Origin: Candidatus Woesebacteria bacterium | GTDB taxonomy: Bacteria; Patescibacteriota; Microgenomatia; UBA8517 | Direction: 5' to 3' | DNA: 64,000 bases | Assembly: GCA_003484955.1 (NCBI GenBank) | Contig: DMZH01000001.1 | Span: forward strand, 151,848-215,847 | Part shown: positions 30,609-39,920 of the stretch, piece by piece | How positions within the stretch are numbered: the first letter of the stretch is position 1 | Layout of the letters: each line of letters begins with the position of its first letter | Made by a program: the position numbers and the translations under genes | The notes under the pieces: generated by a model | The model's database searches: none | What the model was told of the DNA's origin: nothing | Seen by the model: only the letters and a program-made list of their open reading frames with translations

Positions 30609-30949
30609 TTCATTAGTCCCGCTTTTCTAAGCGAGAAACGAACCTCTTTCATTATGTCTGTCGTTGAAACTCTGTAGATGCTTGTCTTTGCCAAAAAAAC
30701 CACATCGTATCCTTGAACAAGATTTATACTGTCGATTCGAACAGCCTCACTCATCGCTCTTTTGAATCTGTTCCTATCAACCGCGTCTTTTGCGATTTTT
30801 GTAGAGACTATAAATCCGAATTTACTGGGTTCACTGTCCCCTCTTTCTACATAAGCTATTCCGAAACTGTCTGATTGAAACACTTTTCCCTCGGTTTGAA
30901 CCCTGGCATAATCCTTTGCACCGGTAAGTTTAAATTTTTTTGCAAGCAT
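30605..30949 (-). CDS. rnpA: Ribonuclease P protein component
   Basis: FGFIVSTKIAKDAVDRNRFKR (RNR motif) and synteny. Confidence 0.93.
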   Translation of the reverse strand: MLAKKFKLTGAKDYARVQTEGKVFQSDSFGIAYVERGDSEPSKFGFIVSTKIAKDAVDRNRFKRAMSEAVRIDSINLVQGYDVVFLAKTSIYRVSTTDIMKEVRFSLRKAGLMK

Positions 30950-30960
30950 ATAATCGGAGC

Positions 30961-31101
30961 TTAAACAGAAAGATGTTTTCTCCCCTTTAATCTTCGTCTT
31001 TTGAGTATATTTCTGCCGGATTTGGTGCTCATTCTGACTCTGAAGCCGTGTGCTCTGACTCTCTTAATTTTACTGGGTTGATAGGTTCTCTTGGTTGCCA
31101 T
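30961..31101 (-). CDS. rpmH: 50S ribosomal protein bL34
   Basis: Not in the ORF track. Manual translation [46 protein letters not shown]. Confidence 0.96.
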   Translation of the reverse strand: MATKRTYQPSKIKRVRAHGFRVRMSTKSGRNILKRRRLKGRKHLSV

Positions 31102-31153
31102 GACGTTTATTATAGTTTAACTATTAAATTTTGGCAATTGGGGCTTGACGAAT

Positions 31154-31162
31154 TGTGGATAA
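31154..31162 (-). promoter_or_regulatory. Consensus DnaA box upstream of dnaA
   Basis: TGTGGATAA, which is TTATCCACA on the minus strand. Confidence 0.8.
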
Positions 31163-31270
31163 CTCGTTAATAGTACATAGTACAAAGTACCTAGAAATTA
31201 GAGGGGAACTTCCACAACGTCCCGCCCAGACACTCACTGTACTACGTACTAAGTACTCTGCACTAATATC

Positions 31271-32632
31271 ATGAATAATGAACAAGTTTGGAAAGATTCG
31301 CTAGAGATCATAAAGGTCACAGTTTCACCTGCAATATTTTCTACCTGGTTCTCACAGACCCATCTTGTTTCCATAGAAGATCTAAGCGAGAGGACTATTG
31401 TTGAAATAGGGTGTCCCACTTCTTTCGCAAAAAACACCATTGAAGCAAGATATTTCGGTTTGGTCCAGGACTCATTATCAAAAGTGGTAGGAAAGAAGTG
31501 TGATTTGACTTTTATGGTTAAATCAAATCCCAAAATAATTAAGGACATGTTAGGGGAGGCCTCTCCGCTCTTTTCGGTTGAAAAAGATGAAAAAAGTTCT
31601 CTTGAGGTTTTACAAAGAGCAAGAGTAAGGCCGAGTTTCACCTTTGAAAATTTTGCAGTTTCTTCTTCAAACCAAATGGCCCATGCCGCAGCAGAGGCGG
31701 TTTCTAAAAACTTGGGGTCTGCATATAACCCTCTTTTCATTTGGGGTGGGGTAGGAGTCGGAAAAACTCATCTTATGGTTTCCGTGGGAAACTCCATTCT
31801 AAGAAAAGATCCTGAAAAAAAAGTACTTTTTTGCACCGGAGAGGATTTCACAAATGATATTGTTGAGGGTATCAGAAACAAGACAACACAGGCCTTTAGA
31901 AACAAATACAGGAAGCTTGATTTACTTCTTATTGACGATATTCAATTTATTGCCGGCAAAGTCACCGTACAGGAAGAATTTTTCCATACTTTCAATTCAG
32001 TTACTTCTGTCGGAGGACAGATTATATTAACCTCCGATAGACCTCCTTCCGAAATTTCTAAACTTGAAGAAAGACTCAGAAGCCGATTCGAAGCCGGGCT
32101 TATCGTGGATATAGCACCACCCGATTTTGAACTAAGATGTGCAATTACCCAAATTAAAGCAAGAGAAAAGGGGGTTGATATATCTTCTGAACAAGTTCAA
32201 ATGATTGCGGCAAATACTGAATCCGCCAGAAAAATTGAGGGAATTCTGACAAGAATTTTAACCGAGATACACATAAAGAATGTTATCGTTACAAACGAAT
32301 TAATCGAGTCAATGTTTTCAAAAAGCCTAGAAACTTCAGGAAAAATAAGTCGAAGTTCTCCCGATGAGGTTGTCGATGCTGTTTCCAAATACTTCCAGAT
32401 AGGAAAGAGGTTGCTTTTAGGGGAGAGTAGGGCGCGACCCATCGCAAGACCAAGACAAGTTTTAATGTATATATTAAGAACTCATTTAGGAATTCCTTTG
32501 GAGGAAATTGGGAGAGTGGTCGGAGGAAGAGACCATACTACGGTAATGCACGCTGTGGAAAAGATAACAGGATTAGCCACAATCGATGTGCAAATCCGTG
32601 AGGATATTTTGAAGATAAAACAAACCATTTGA
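31271..32632 (+). CDS. dnaA: Chromosomal replication initiator DnaA
   Basis: YNPLFIWGGVGVGKTHL, LLIDDIQF, QEEFFHTFN and GRDHTTVMHA motifs. Confidence 0.98.
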   Translation: MNNEQVWKDSLEIIKVTVSPAIFSTWFSQTHLVSIEDLSERTIVEIGCPTSFAKNTIEARYFGLVQDSLSKVVGKKCDLTFMVKSNPKIIKDMLGEASPLFSVEKDEKSSLEVLQRARVRPSFTFENFAVSSSNQMAHAAAEAVSKNLGSAYNPLFIWGGVGVGKTHLMVSVGNSILRKDPEKKVLFCTGEDFTNDIVEGIRNKTTQAFRNKYRKLDLLLIDDIQFIAGKVTVQEEFFHTFNSVTSVGGQIILTSDRPPSEISKLEERLRSRFEAGLIVDIAPPDFELRCAITQIKAREKGVDISSEQVQMIAANTESARKIEGILTRILTEIHIKNVIVTNELIESMFSKSLETSGKISRSSPDEVVDAVSKYFQIGKRLLLGESRARPIARPRQVLMYILRTHLGIPLEEIGRVVGGRDHTTVMHAVEKITGLATIDVQIREDILKIKQTI

Positions 32633-32837
32633 AAATAATTTTTAGGTTTTCTGACTTATCAACAACAAGATTCAATTTATCCACAAATCTATTCACAATT
32701 GTCTATGCCTGTCATCAACACAAAATCATCCCGAAAAGTAAATTTAAAATCTAATATTTTTCAACTTATCAACCATCTCTACTACTAGAACTACTAGTTA
32801 ATATATGATAAACAAAGAAAAGAAAAATTAACGAAAT
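32633..32837. other. Replication origin oriC (DnaA boxes, DnaA-trios, AT-rich unwinding region)
   Basis: TTATCAACA 32656, TTATCCACA 32677, CTATTCACA 32689, TCATCAACA 32712 and TTATCAACC 32766, then CTACTACTA-GAA-CTACTA at 32779-32796 and an AT-rich tract. Confidence 0.85.
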
Positions 32838-33950
32838 ATGAAATTGCAAGTACTTCAGGAAAATTTGGAAAAAGCAGTCAGTATAACAACAAGGTTCGCT
32901 AGTACTAAAGCACAGCTTCCTATTTTGGGAAACATTCTTTTATCTGCAAAAAAAAACAAAATATTCATATCTTCAACAAACCTGGAAATATCGGCATCAG
33001 TACAAATCGGGGCGAAGGTTGAGAAAGAGGGGGAGATAAGTATTCCCGCAAAAGTTATTACAGACCTTGTTTCCAATCTACCTAAAGAAACAATAAACCT
33101 TGAATCCGAAAAAGAACAATTAAAAGTTTCAACGACAGGGTTCTCGTCTACTATCTTAGGGATTGATCCTACAGATTTTCCGAAGGTTCCCAACACACTA
33201 AACAATAAAAACACTATCGTTTTTTCCAAAAAAGAGATTTCTGATTCTTTGAATAAAGTTATTTTTGCCACCTCGGTTGATGAAACAAGACCGATCTTGA
33301 CGGGAGCCCTTTTTATATTGGATAAAGATTCCCTGTCCTTGGTCGCCACGGATGGTTTTAGGCTTTCCAAAAAAGTTATTCCTCTTAAAGACTCTAAAAG
33401 TGAGAAAAAAACCGTAGTTATTCCAAAAGGTGTTTTAGGGGAAATTAATAGAGGAATTTTTGAAGCCGATGAGATTCTTTTTGATTTGGAAGAAAATGAA
33501 AAACAAATTATTTTTGGGATAGAAGATACTGTTTTAACATCCAGACTATTAGAGGGAGAGTATCCTGATTTTGAAAAGATAATTCCCAAAGAGTCTAATA
33601 TTAAAATTACATTGGATAAAGAAGAGTTTTTGAGGGCGGTGAAGCTTGCCTCAATCTTTGCCAGAGAATCCGCGAATGTTGTAAAAATTAAAATTTTGAA
33701 AGATTTGATAAAAGTTTCGGCTGAAAGTAGCGCAGCGGGGAGCCAGGAAACTAAAGTTGATGCAAAAGTAGATAAAGGAAATACTGAAGAGTTTGAGATT
33801 GCTTTTAACTACAGATATATAGAAGATTTCCTATATTCTGTAGTAGGGGAGGAAATAAAAATGGAGTTTTTGAATTCGACATCTGCAGGAGTCTTTAGAG
33901 ATACGGGGGACTCCAACTATCTTCACTTGATCATGCCGGTAAAAATATAA
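32838..33950 (+). CDS. dnaN: DNA polymerase III beta clamp
   Basis: LPILGN, TNLE, RPILTG, VATDGFRL, GEYPD and IMPV motifs. Confidence 0.97.
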   Translation: MKLQVLQENLEKAVSITTRFASTKAQLPILGNILLSAKKNKIFISSTNLEISASVQIGAKVEKEGEISIPAKVITDLVSNLPKETINLESEKEQLKVSTTGFSSTILGIDPTDFPKVPNTLNNKNTIVFSKKEISDSLNKVIFATSVDETRPILTGALFILDKDSLSLVATDGFRLSKKVIPLKDSKSEKKTVVIPKGVLGEINRGIFEADEILFDLEENEKQIIFGIEDTVLTSRLLEGEYPDFEKIIPKESNIKITLDKEEFLRAVKLASIFARESANVVKIKILKDLIKVSAESSAAGSQETKVDAKVDKGNTEEFEIAFNYRYIEDFLYSVVGEEIKMEFLNSTSAGVFRDTGDSNYLHLIMPVKI

Positions 33951-33952
33951 AA

Positions 33953-34516
33953 CTACTGGCCCTCGACGGGATTTTCCGAAAAGGCTTGTCCGAAACTTGT
34001 TTTAAATTCATTAAAAGTTGTTGGTTTAAAATACCAAATCTCCAATATAATTCCCGATCCCTGGTGTCCAATGTATGCAAGTCCCTTATCTGGATAAATA
34101 TAAAGATTAAATCCGCTGTATGAACTTGATTTATATAAAACGTTTTTGTAATTGCCGTATTTTTCATTTATGCTCGAGATCGTAACATCGTCTTTTGATG
34201 AAACAATTTGTTTAACCAAGGTTAGTATTCCTGAATCCATAGAAAATTGGTTATTAAAGTTTGGATTGTTTGATTCATATTCAAGTGTTGTGATTGTATC
34301 GCTTCTGTTTTCTTTTACTGCGGTTCCCATTTGGCCAATAACATCATCTTCAGTACTAATACCGGGTGTGAGATTGTTATATGAGGCTCCGGTTTCGGGA
34401 ATTTTGGTTTTTCGATTAGTGCCTCCTCCACCGGAAAGGGAAATGTAGACAATATACAATATCGATAACAGCGAAATTACGGCGATTGCTAAGATTACCT
34501 TCTTGTTTTTAAGCAT
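33953..34516 (-). CDS. Membrane-anchored hypothetical protein, possible SmpA/BLIP-like fold
   Basis: N-terminal TM. LTPGISTEDDVIGQMG resembles the SmpA_OmlA l..G.t..eV...lG pattern. Confidence 0.6.
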   Translation of the reverse strand: MLKNKKVILAIAVISLLSILYIVYISLSGGGGTNRKTKIPETGASYNNLTPGISTEDDVIGQMGTAVKENRSDTITTLEYESNNPNFNNQFSMDSGILTLVKQIVSSKDDVTISSINEKYGNYKNVLYKSSSYSGFNLYIYPDKGLAYIGHQGSGIILEIWYFKPTTFNEFKTSFGQAFSENPVEGQ

Positions 34517-34530
34517 ATTTATATTTTACC

Positions 34531-37383
34531 CTAATTAAAAACATATCTCATTAAAAATTGATAATGAATTGGCCATTTTTGTTGGACGTTTCCACACCTA
34601 GGTTGGATAACATAGAGAGCTATTGCCTCCGGTAAAGATTCTCCATCATTCCAATTTTTGGTAGCACCGTAGAAACAGTAAGGAGACTCACTTGTTATTC
34701 CCGGATACTCTAAATACAACTGATAGAGTTTTGCGGTTTTATTTCCCCACGATAATGAATGTCCCAGTTCGTGAGAAAGGGTATAAAGGGCATCTGCCTG
34801 GTTTTTAACACCAAGTTTATAAAAATCTACATAACTTCCATGATTCCATCCCCAAAAGCTTTCAAACGAGATGGGGTTATACCTAAGAGGTAATGATGGA
34901 TAAGACATACAGACTTTTGAAATATAGCTGCCGTATTTTGAAACCATCACACCTCTTGCATTAACAATGTTGGCATAATATTCTGATGGCCAAGCTTTGG
35001 AATCGATATTTAAACATGCAGCCGGGGGAGTGCCTATTGATATAGAAGCCGCGCCGGACACTTCTTGTTGGGCAGCTTCTTCCGAATCTGCTATGACAGT
35101 AAAAGTGTCTAAAATAACGGAATCTTTATAATCATTTCCGGAATAATTTTCAGTATAAGTAAAAACATAAGGGATGCTGGGAGATATTGAATCAGGAATG
35201 TTGGTGGGTACTTCAGATGGGCATGTTTTTGCCGGACCCGTCGAAAATATTTGGCAGTCATTTTTGAAGGCAATATTTGTTAAGAGACTTTTCTTTGCAG
35301 TGACAGTAATGGTATAGCTAATTTGCAATGGTAATTCCGTATTTTTAAATGGTCCCTGAGGACTTGCTGCTTTGTCAACTTGAATGTAGGGGTTCGAACT
35401 TAAAGTTGTTATTTGTGTAGGGGGTACAACATAAGCGCCGGAATTGATGATAAAAAGAATAAGAGCAACTACCACAGGGAAAACCAAAAGGGTTACCAAA
35501 ACAGGTGTTCCGATCGAGACAAGAACCGCCCCTCCAAGGGTTGTAAAAAACCTGCCGATACTTGATCCGACAGTACCCAGGTTGATCGTTCCACCTGCGG
35601 CCGCCGATGCTAGACCGTAGGATCCGACCCCAGCCACGATTCCTACAACAGGCCCTGCAATTGCAAAAGATCCAATTCCCAGAACGGTTCCCATTATGTA
35701 GGGAGCATTTTTTTTGATTTTGTCCCAGGGAATTTTACTTGCAATCCAGCCAACTGCCGCACCGATTGCGGCTGTTACTATTGCGAGCGGACCGCCGGCC
35801 AGTCCTATTGCCGCACCTGTTCCGGCACCGGTAGTTGCACCGCCAGCTGCTCCTACTGCAGTTCCAGTTGCCCCACCCGCTGCAGCTCCGACACCTGTTC
35901 CGATGGCTTCACCGGCAATCACACCTCCAACCCCGGCAGTCACAACTCCAGTTTCCAAAGCGGCGGCTCCAGCAATGGCGCTGACCCCCTCGGTGGCTAC
36001 AATGGCCGTACTTGCAACCTCAGTCGCAGCCGGTGTTATAAACGTAAAACCAAAATTAATCCCTAATGAGCTTCCTAGCCCTTCAAAAAAAGTTGAGGCG
36101 CCTGGTATTTGCTGAATAATAGAAATAAAAATACCGCCTCCAAAAGGGGTGTACTTGGTTAGTCCAACAACAGAAAGAGCTTGTTGTCCAATTTCACTGT
36201 TGTATATTCCCGTAATTAAACTGTCGGCGGGTAATTTCACAATTTGAGAGTCGATAAAATTGCGGGCCTGTCCAAGCAGAAAACTTTGAGCCTGATCTTT
36301 ACCAAATGAGGTTACATTATCCAGAAAGTTTGATTGAGATTGAAGAAGATTTGAATAGCCGTCGCTCAGGCGATGAAGATTGATTTCGTGTGTATATCCC
36401 TCTACCGGTTGGGTAGTGAGTGTAACTTTAATTTCATCCGGATCGGGTCCAAAAACTGCAGCAGCCAGACCGCCATTTACAGACGCAAGAATGTTTCTGC
36501 TTAGTTGAGTGGAGTTATTAAAGAAAGTTAATTCTCGTGTAGCTGTTTTTAAAGAGTTCTGTACGTTTGTGTCCGAACTAATACCCTTGACGATATTAGT
36601 TTCTTTAGAGACAGACCTCAGAATGGCCGTTTGAAAAGTTGTTTCTATCTGCTGTGAGGGATTGTTAATTGCAAATACTGTGTCGTTTGCTGTTTTGTCA
36701 GCCAAAACCGCAATTTCTTCCTCAGACATATTTTTAGCAAATTCGCTCGAGTGAATTTTTACCTTTACAATATTGGAAATTTCTTTCCTGAAAGATTGGG
36801 GATATGTTTTAGCTTTCTCGATAAACTGTTTGGTGTTTTCATCCGGTGTTTGGGCTTGAGGAGTCTCAACTTTTACATAAATTTTTTTATCTTCCAAAAA
36901 ACTTTGTATTTCTTTTTGTTTTTGTATTTTTTCTTCAAAGGACTTTTTTGTTCTTTCGATTTCTTGTTGTCTTTTATAAATTTCCTGTTTTTTTCTGAAA
37001 GCCTCCTCAACATTTTTTTGAGCACTTTTTTGAGTTTCTTTTAGTCCAATCTCTCTTTTTAGTCTTTCAGCCTCCTGTTGTTCCCTTGCTACTTTGTCGG
37101 GCATGTTTGATTCGGTTGGTTTTTCCCCGCCTGTAGATTCTGAAGCAAGTTCTTCTACGGCAAGTTCTGCCTTTTTGATGTTTGCAAAATCTTTTTCTGA
37201 TTTGATGGATATCCCTGTAAGACGATAAACAAAATCTATAAAGTCACGCCTATCTTTCCAGTTAAATTCTCCCGAGATGTAAGGTTTGTCTGCTGAATAA
37301 ATTGCATCTTCCGGGAAAAAATGGGCAAACGCATACCTTAAGTAATTTATGTTTTCCGGAGTTAAACTGATTTTATTTGCCAT
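34531..37383 (-). CDS. 950-aa protein: coiled coil, glycine zipper, TM, Ig-like domain, C-terminal HExxH metallopeptidase-like domain
   Basis: Long GxxxG/GA-rich tract, hydrophobic VTLLVFPVVVALILFII, and SHELGH with a downstream E (ESLPEAIA). Confidence 0.7.
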   Translation of the reverse strand: MANKISLTPENINYLRYAFAHFFPEDAIYSADKPYISGEFNWKDRRDFIDFVYRLTGISIKSEKDFANIKKAELAVEELASESTGGEKPTESNMPDKVAREQQEAERLKREIGLKETQKSAQKNVEEAFRKKQEIYKRQQEIERTKKSFEEKIQKQKEIQSFLEDKKIYVKVETPQAQTPDENTKQFIEKAKTYPQSFRKEISNIVKVKIHSSEFAKNMSEEEIAVLADKTANDTVFAINNPSQQIETTFQTAILRSVSKETNIVKGISSDTNVQNSLKTATRELTFFNNSTQLSRNILASVNGGLAAAVFGPDPDEIKVTLTTQPVEGYTHEINLHRLSDGYSNLLQSQSNFLDNVTSFGKDQAQSFLLGQARNFIDSQIVKLPADSLITGIYNSEIGQQALSVVGLTKYTPFGGGIFISIIQQIPGASTFFEGLGSSLGINFGFTFITPAATEVASTAIVATEGVSAIAGAAALETGVVTAGVGGVIAGEAIGTGVGAAAGGATGTAVGAAGGATTGAGTGAAIGLAGGPLAIVTAAIGAAVGWIASKIPWDKIKKNAPYIMGTVLGIGSFAIAGPVVGIVAGVGSYGLASAAAGGTINLGTVGSSIGRFFTTLGGAVLVSIGTPVLVTLLVFPVVVALILFIINSGAYVVPPTQITTLSSNPYIQVDKAASPQGPFKNTELPLQISYTITVTAKKSLLTNIAFKNDCQIFSTGPAKTCPSEVPTNIPDSISPSIPYVFTYTENYSGNDYKDSVILDTFTVIADSEEAAQQEVSGAASISIGTPPAACLNIDSKAWPSEYYANIVNARGVMVSKYGSYISKVCMSYPSLPLRYNPISFESFWGWNHGSYVDFYKLGVKNQADALYTLSHELGHSLSWGNKTAKLYQLYLEYPGITSESPYCFYGATKNWNDGESLPEAIALYVIQPRCGNVQQKWPIHYQFLMRYVFN

Positions 37384-37419
37384 AATTATTTATTGGAGTA
37401 TTTTTACTCATCATCATTT

Positions 37420-39240
37420 TTACTTGTCAGTATAGGGATTTGTTGCCACCTTAATTACTTCCTGCGGCTTGGTTGTTATAAGTTTGTTTTCGTTATCCGA
37501 GGCAACAATTCTGATTGGTGCGTGGTGAGGTCCGGCAAAGAAAATTCCTTCTCCGACGTTGGCAGCCAGAAGAAGTCTCTTTTCTCCCTGGGAAAGGTAA
37601 AAGACCTCGCCAATCTTATCAATTGCCGCCGGGGATTGTTTCAGGAGGACCTGCATGGCGCTGTTTGTGACTATGGCCTTTCCTATGTCCTGTCCGAGGA
37701 AGTCTTCGACGTCCTGGGTTATCGTAGTGAGTCCCAGATAGTATTTGCGGGCCCTCTTGACAACACTCCACAAAAATTGGGCCGTATCGGGATACCTCAT
37801 CATGTGCCAAGCCTCGTCCACTATTAAAATTCTTTTCTTCAAGTCCTTTTTAACCCTTGTCCAAATATAATCAAGAATTATAAACATGGCGATGGGGCGG
37901 AGTGCGTCCTGCAGATCTTTAACGGAGAAAACAGTAAATGGGTTAGTGATATTAATGTTTGTTTGTTGGTCAAAAATTCCCACAAAACTCCCTTTGACAA
38001 ACTTTTCTATTCTGGCGGCCAGGTCCAAGGCGTCGGGAACCTCCATTCCAATAAGAGTTTTATAAAGATCTTCCATTAAAGGTGGTTCTTTTCCTTGAGT
38101 ATCAGGATCCATAGTTATTCCCTTGGCTTTATAGGTGATGATAAGGGCCCTATCCAAAAGCGCTTCCTGAGTTGGGGTAATTGCTCCCATAATTACTTTC
38201 ATCAGAGAGTGAAGTGAGAGAATTTTAAGTCCAAGCTGGTTTTCTCCTTCTTCTCTGATTTGTGATAAGTCGAAGGGGTTTATTTTTGCGGTTGAGTTGT
38301 ATGAGAAAGAAATATATTCGCCCCCCACGGCTTCAGCAATGGTTTTGTATTCGCTTTCAGGATCAATAACGATTGTTTCTATTCCGACCATGAGGGATCT
38401 AATTGCTTCCAGTTTGACAAAATAAGACTTGCCGGCGCCACTGGTTGCGAAGATTGTCATATTGGCGTTTTGCAGGCTAAATCTATCAAAAATGATAAAA
38501 GACTCGTTTTGGGAATTTATGCCAAAAAGTACGCCGCGGTCGCTTGAAAGCTCGGTCGAGGTTAGAGGAAAAGTGGTGGCAACGGAGGTTGTATCCATGT
38601 TTCTCGTAATGTTTAACCTGTCTATTCCAAAAGGAGCCGTTGCCGTAAAACCCTCGGACATATCAAGTATGGCATGTTTACTGACAATCATCAGGGATCC
38701 GAGTTGGGATTCAACCTGTTTGGTTATTTGGTTAAGCTCTTCGGGGGAGTTGGCGGGAATTGTTATATAAAATCCAAACTCATAAAAACGCTCGATTCCC
38801 TTTACAAGTTGTTCCTGTAGAGCCTGAGCGTCTTCAAGTTTTGCTTGGGTAAAAGGATCAACGATCTTGCCGCGCTCGATATCTGTCGTCATCTCCGCTT
38901 CCATTTCGGCAATTTTGCGTCTTAGATCGTCAAGCACGCTTTTTCCGTCTACAGGATAAATGTAAAAAGAAATGTCAAGTGAAGTATCAATGTTCACGAC
39001 CGGTTCAAGCCATCCGGGTGCAACGAATCTCGGATAACCTCCAACAAAAATAGTTCTGAAGTAGACATCGTTTATTTTTAAATAATCAAAATCTACCTCG
39101 ACAGATTGAGGGGAAATCACATCCAGTAAATTCATTTTTTGATTCATGACTGAAAAAGACGGAGATATAATCTGCGGTTTAGCCTCGGTTTCCTGGGTGG
39201 GAACCGTCGGTTGCTGGCCTTGTTTGTTGTCTGGTTTCAT
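37420..39240 (-). CDS. VirB4/TraC/PrgJ-like type IV secretion ATPase
   Basis: Walker A ATSGAGKS, VIDPESEY, INPFD, Walker B LIVDEAW and ARKY.LGLTTITQ. Confidence 0.9.
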   Translation of the reverse strand: MKPDNKQGQQPTVPTQETEAKPQIISPSFSVMNQKMNLLDVISPQSVEVDFDYLKINDVYFRTIFVGGYPRFVAPGWLEPVVNIDTSLDISFYIYPVDGKSVLDDLRRKIAEMEAEMTTDIERGKIVDPFTQAKLEDAQALQEQLVKGIERFYEFGFYITIPANSPEELNQITKQVESQLGSLMIVSKHAILDMSEGFTATAPFGIDRLNITRNMDTTSVATTFPLTSTELSSDRGVLFGINSQNESFIIFDRFSLQNANMTIFATSGAGKSYFVKLEAIRSLMVGIETIVIDPESEYKTIAEAVGGEYISFSYNSTAKINPFDLSQIREEGENQLGLKILSLHSLMKVIMGAITPTQEALLDRALIITYKAKGITMDPDTQGKEPPLMEDLYKTLIGMEVPDALDLAARIEKFVKGSFVGIFDQQTNINITNPFTVFSVKDLQDALRPIAMFIILDYIWTRVKKDLKKRILIVDEAWHMMRYPDTAQFLWSVVKRARKYYLGLTTITQDVEDFLGQDIGKAIVTNSAMQVLLKQSPAAIDKIGEVFYLSQGEKRLLLAANVGEGIFFAGPHHAPIRIVASDNENKLITTKPQEVIKVATNPYTDK

Positions 39241-39920
39241 TTATTTTCGAGTATTACCTCGGGCTCCTTTTTAACGGCTGGCTTTTCCGGATTGTAAATT
39301 GAATAAAACAAGTTTATAAGCTCGGGAGTTATAAGTTGTTTGAATTTGATTCCAAGTCGTCCCGCCTGACGGATAAGATGATCGCGTCTTGGGTAAAGAG
39401 CAATTTTCGCTTTTTTAATAACATATGATTTAGTAAATGGAAGGGGTCCGGATAGTTTTGTGACTGCGGCTATAGATTTTGCTACCCCAAGCTCAAGTGG
39501 GGACAGATAAAGAACGACAAAAAATCTTTTTCCCAAAACATTTTTCTTTTTAACGGATTCGGTTATAAAGTTTTTATAATCCTGCATGAGCTTTGCAAGA
39601 AGGGGCTGAGTAATCTTTTTTGATTGCTCATCCAGAAAGTTTAGATATGATGAAATATCTTTCTTTTGAGTTAAAACAACAATTTGTACGGAAAAAGTAA
39701 GTGAATTTATCATGGCTGCATAAGCAGCAATTACGGCCTCCTGCTCTTTTTCTGAAAGGAGCCCGAAGTTCAGGGAGGTTGACTCCATGATAAGAGCCGC
39801 TCCGCCATCTTTATAAATAACGATGTCATTGGTAATGTCGGCAACAGGTACAAAATCCTGGGTGGTTGAAGTTAAAGGTTTGTCGGGAATGTTTATAAAT
39901 GGAATTTTGGGTATATTCAT
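39237..39920 (-). CDS. TraC-like protein resembling the VirB4 N-terminal region
   Basis: STTQDFV....I..DIV, SLNFGLLSEKEQ..II..Y...INSL.F.VQI. Overlaps both neighbours (ATGA). Confidence 0.7.
   Translation of the reverse strand: MNIPKIPFINIPDKPLTSTTQDFVPVADITNDIVIYKDGGAALIMESTSLNFGLLSEKEQEAVIAAYAAMINSLTFSVQIVVLTQKKDISSYLNFLDEQSKKITQPLLAKLMQDYKNFITESVKKKNVLGKRFFVVLYLSPLELGVAKSIAAVTKLSGPLPFTKSYVIKKAKIALYPRRDHLIRQAGRLGIKFKQLITPELINLFYSIYNPEKPAVKKEPEVILENK

Noticed and set aside
32855-33589. 244-aa minus-strand ORF, and similar long antisense ORFs over dnaA, groEL and the M23 gene
   Set aside because: They lie fully antisense to well-supported genes and have no motifs of their own.
35714-36115. 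Ala/Pro-rich plus-strand ORF
   Set aside because: It is the antisense shadow of the glycine-zipper tract.
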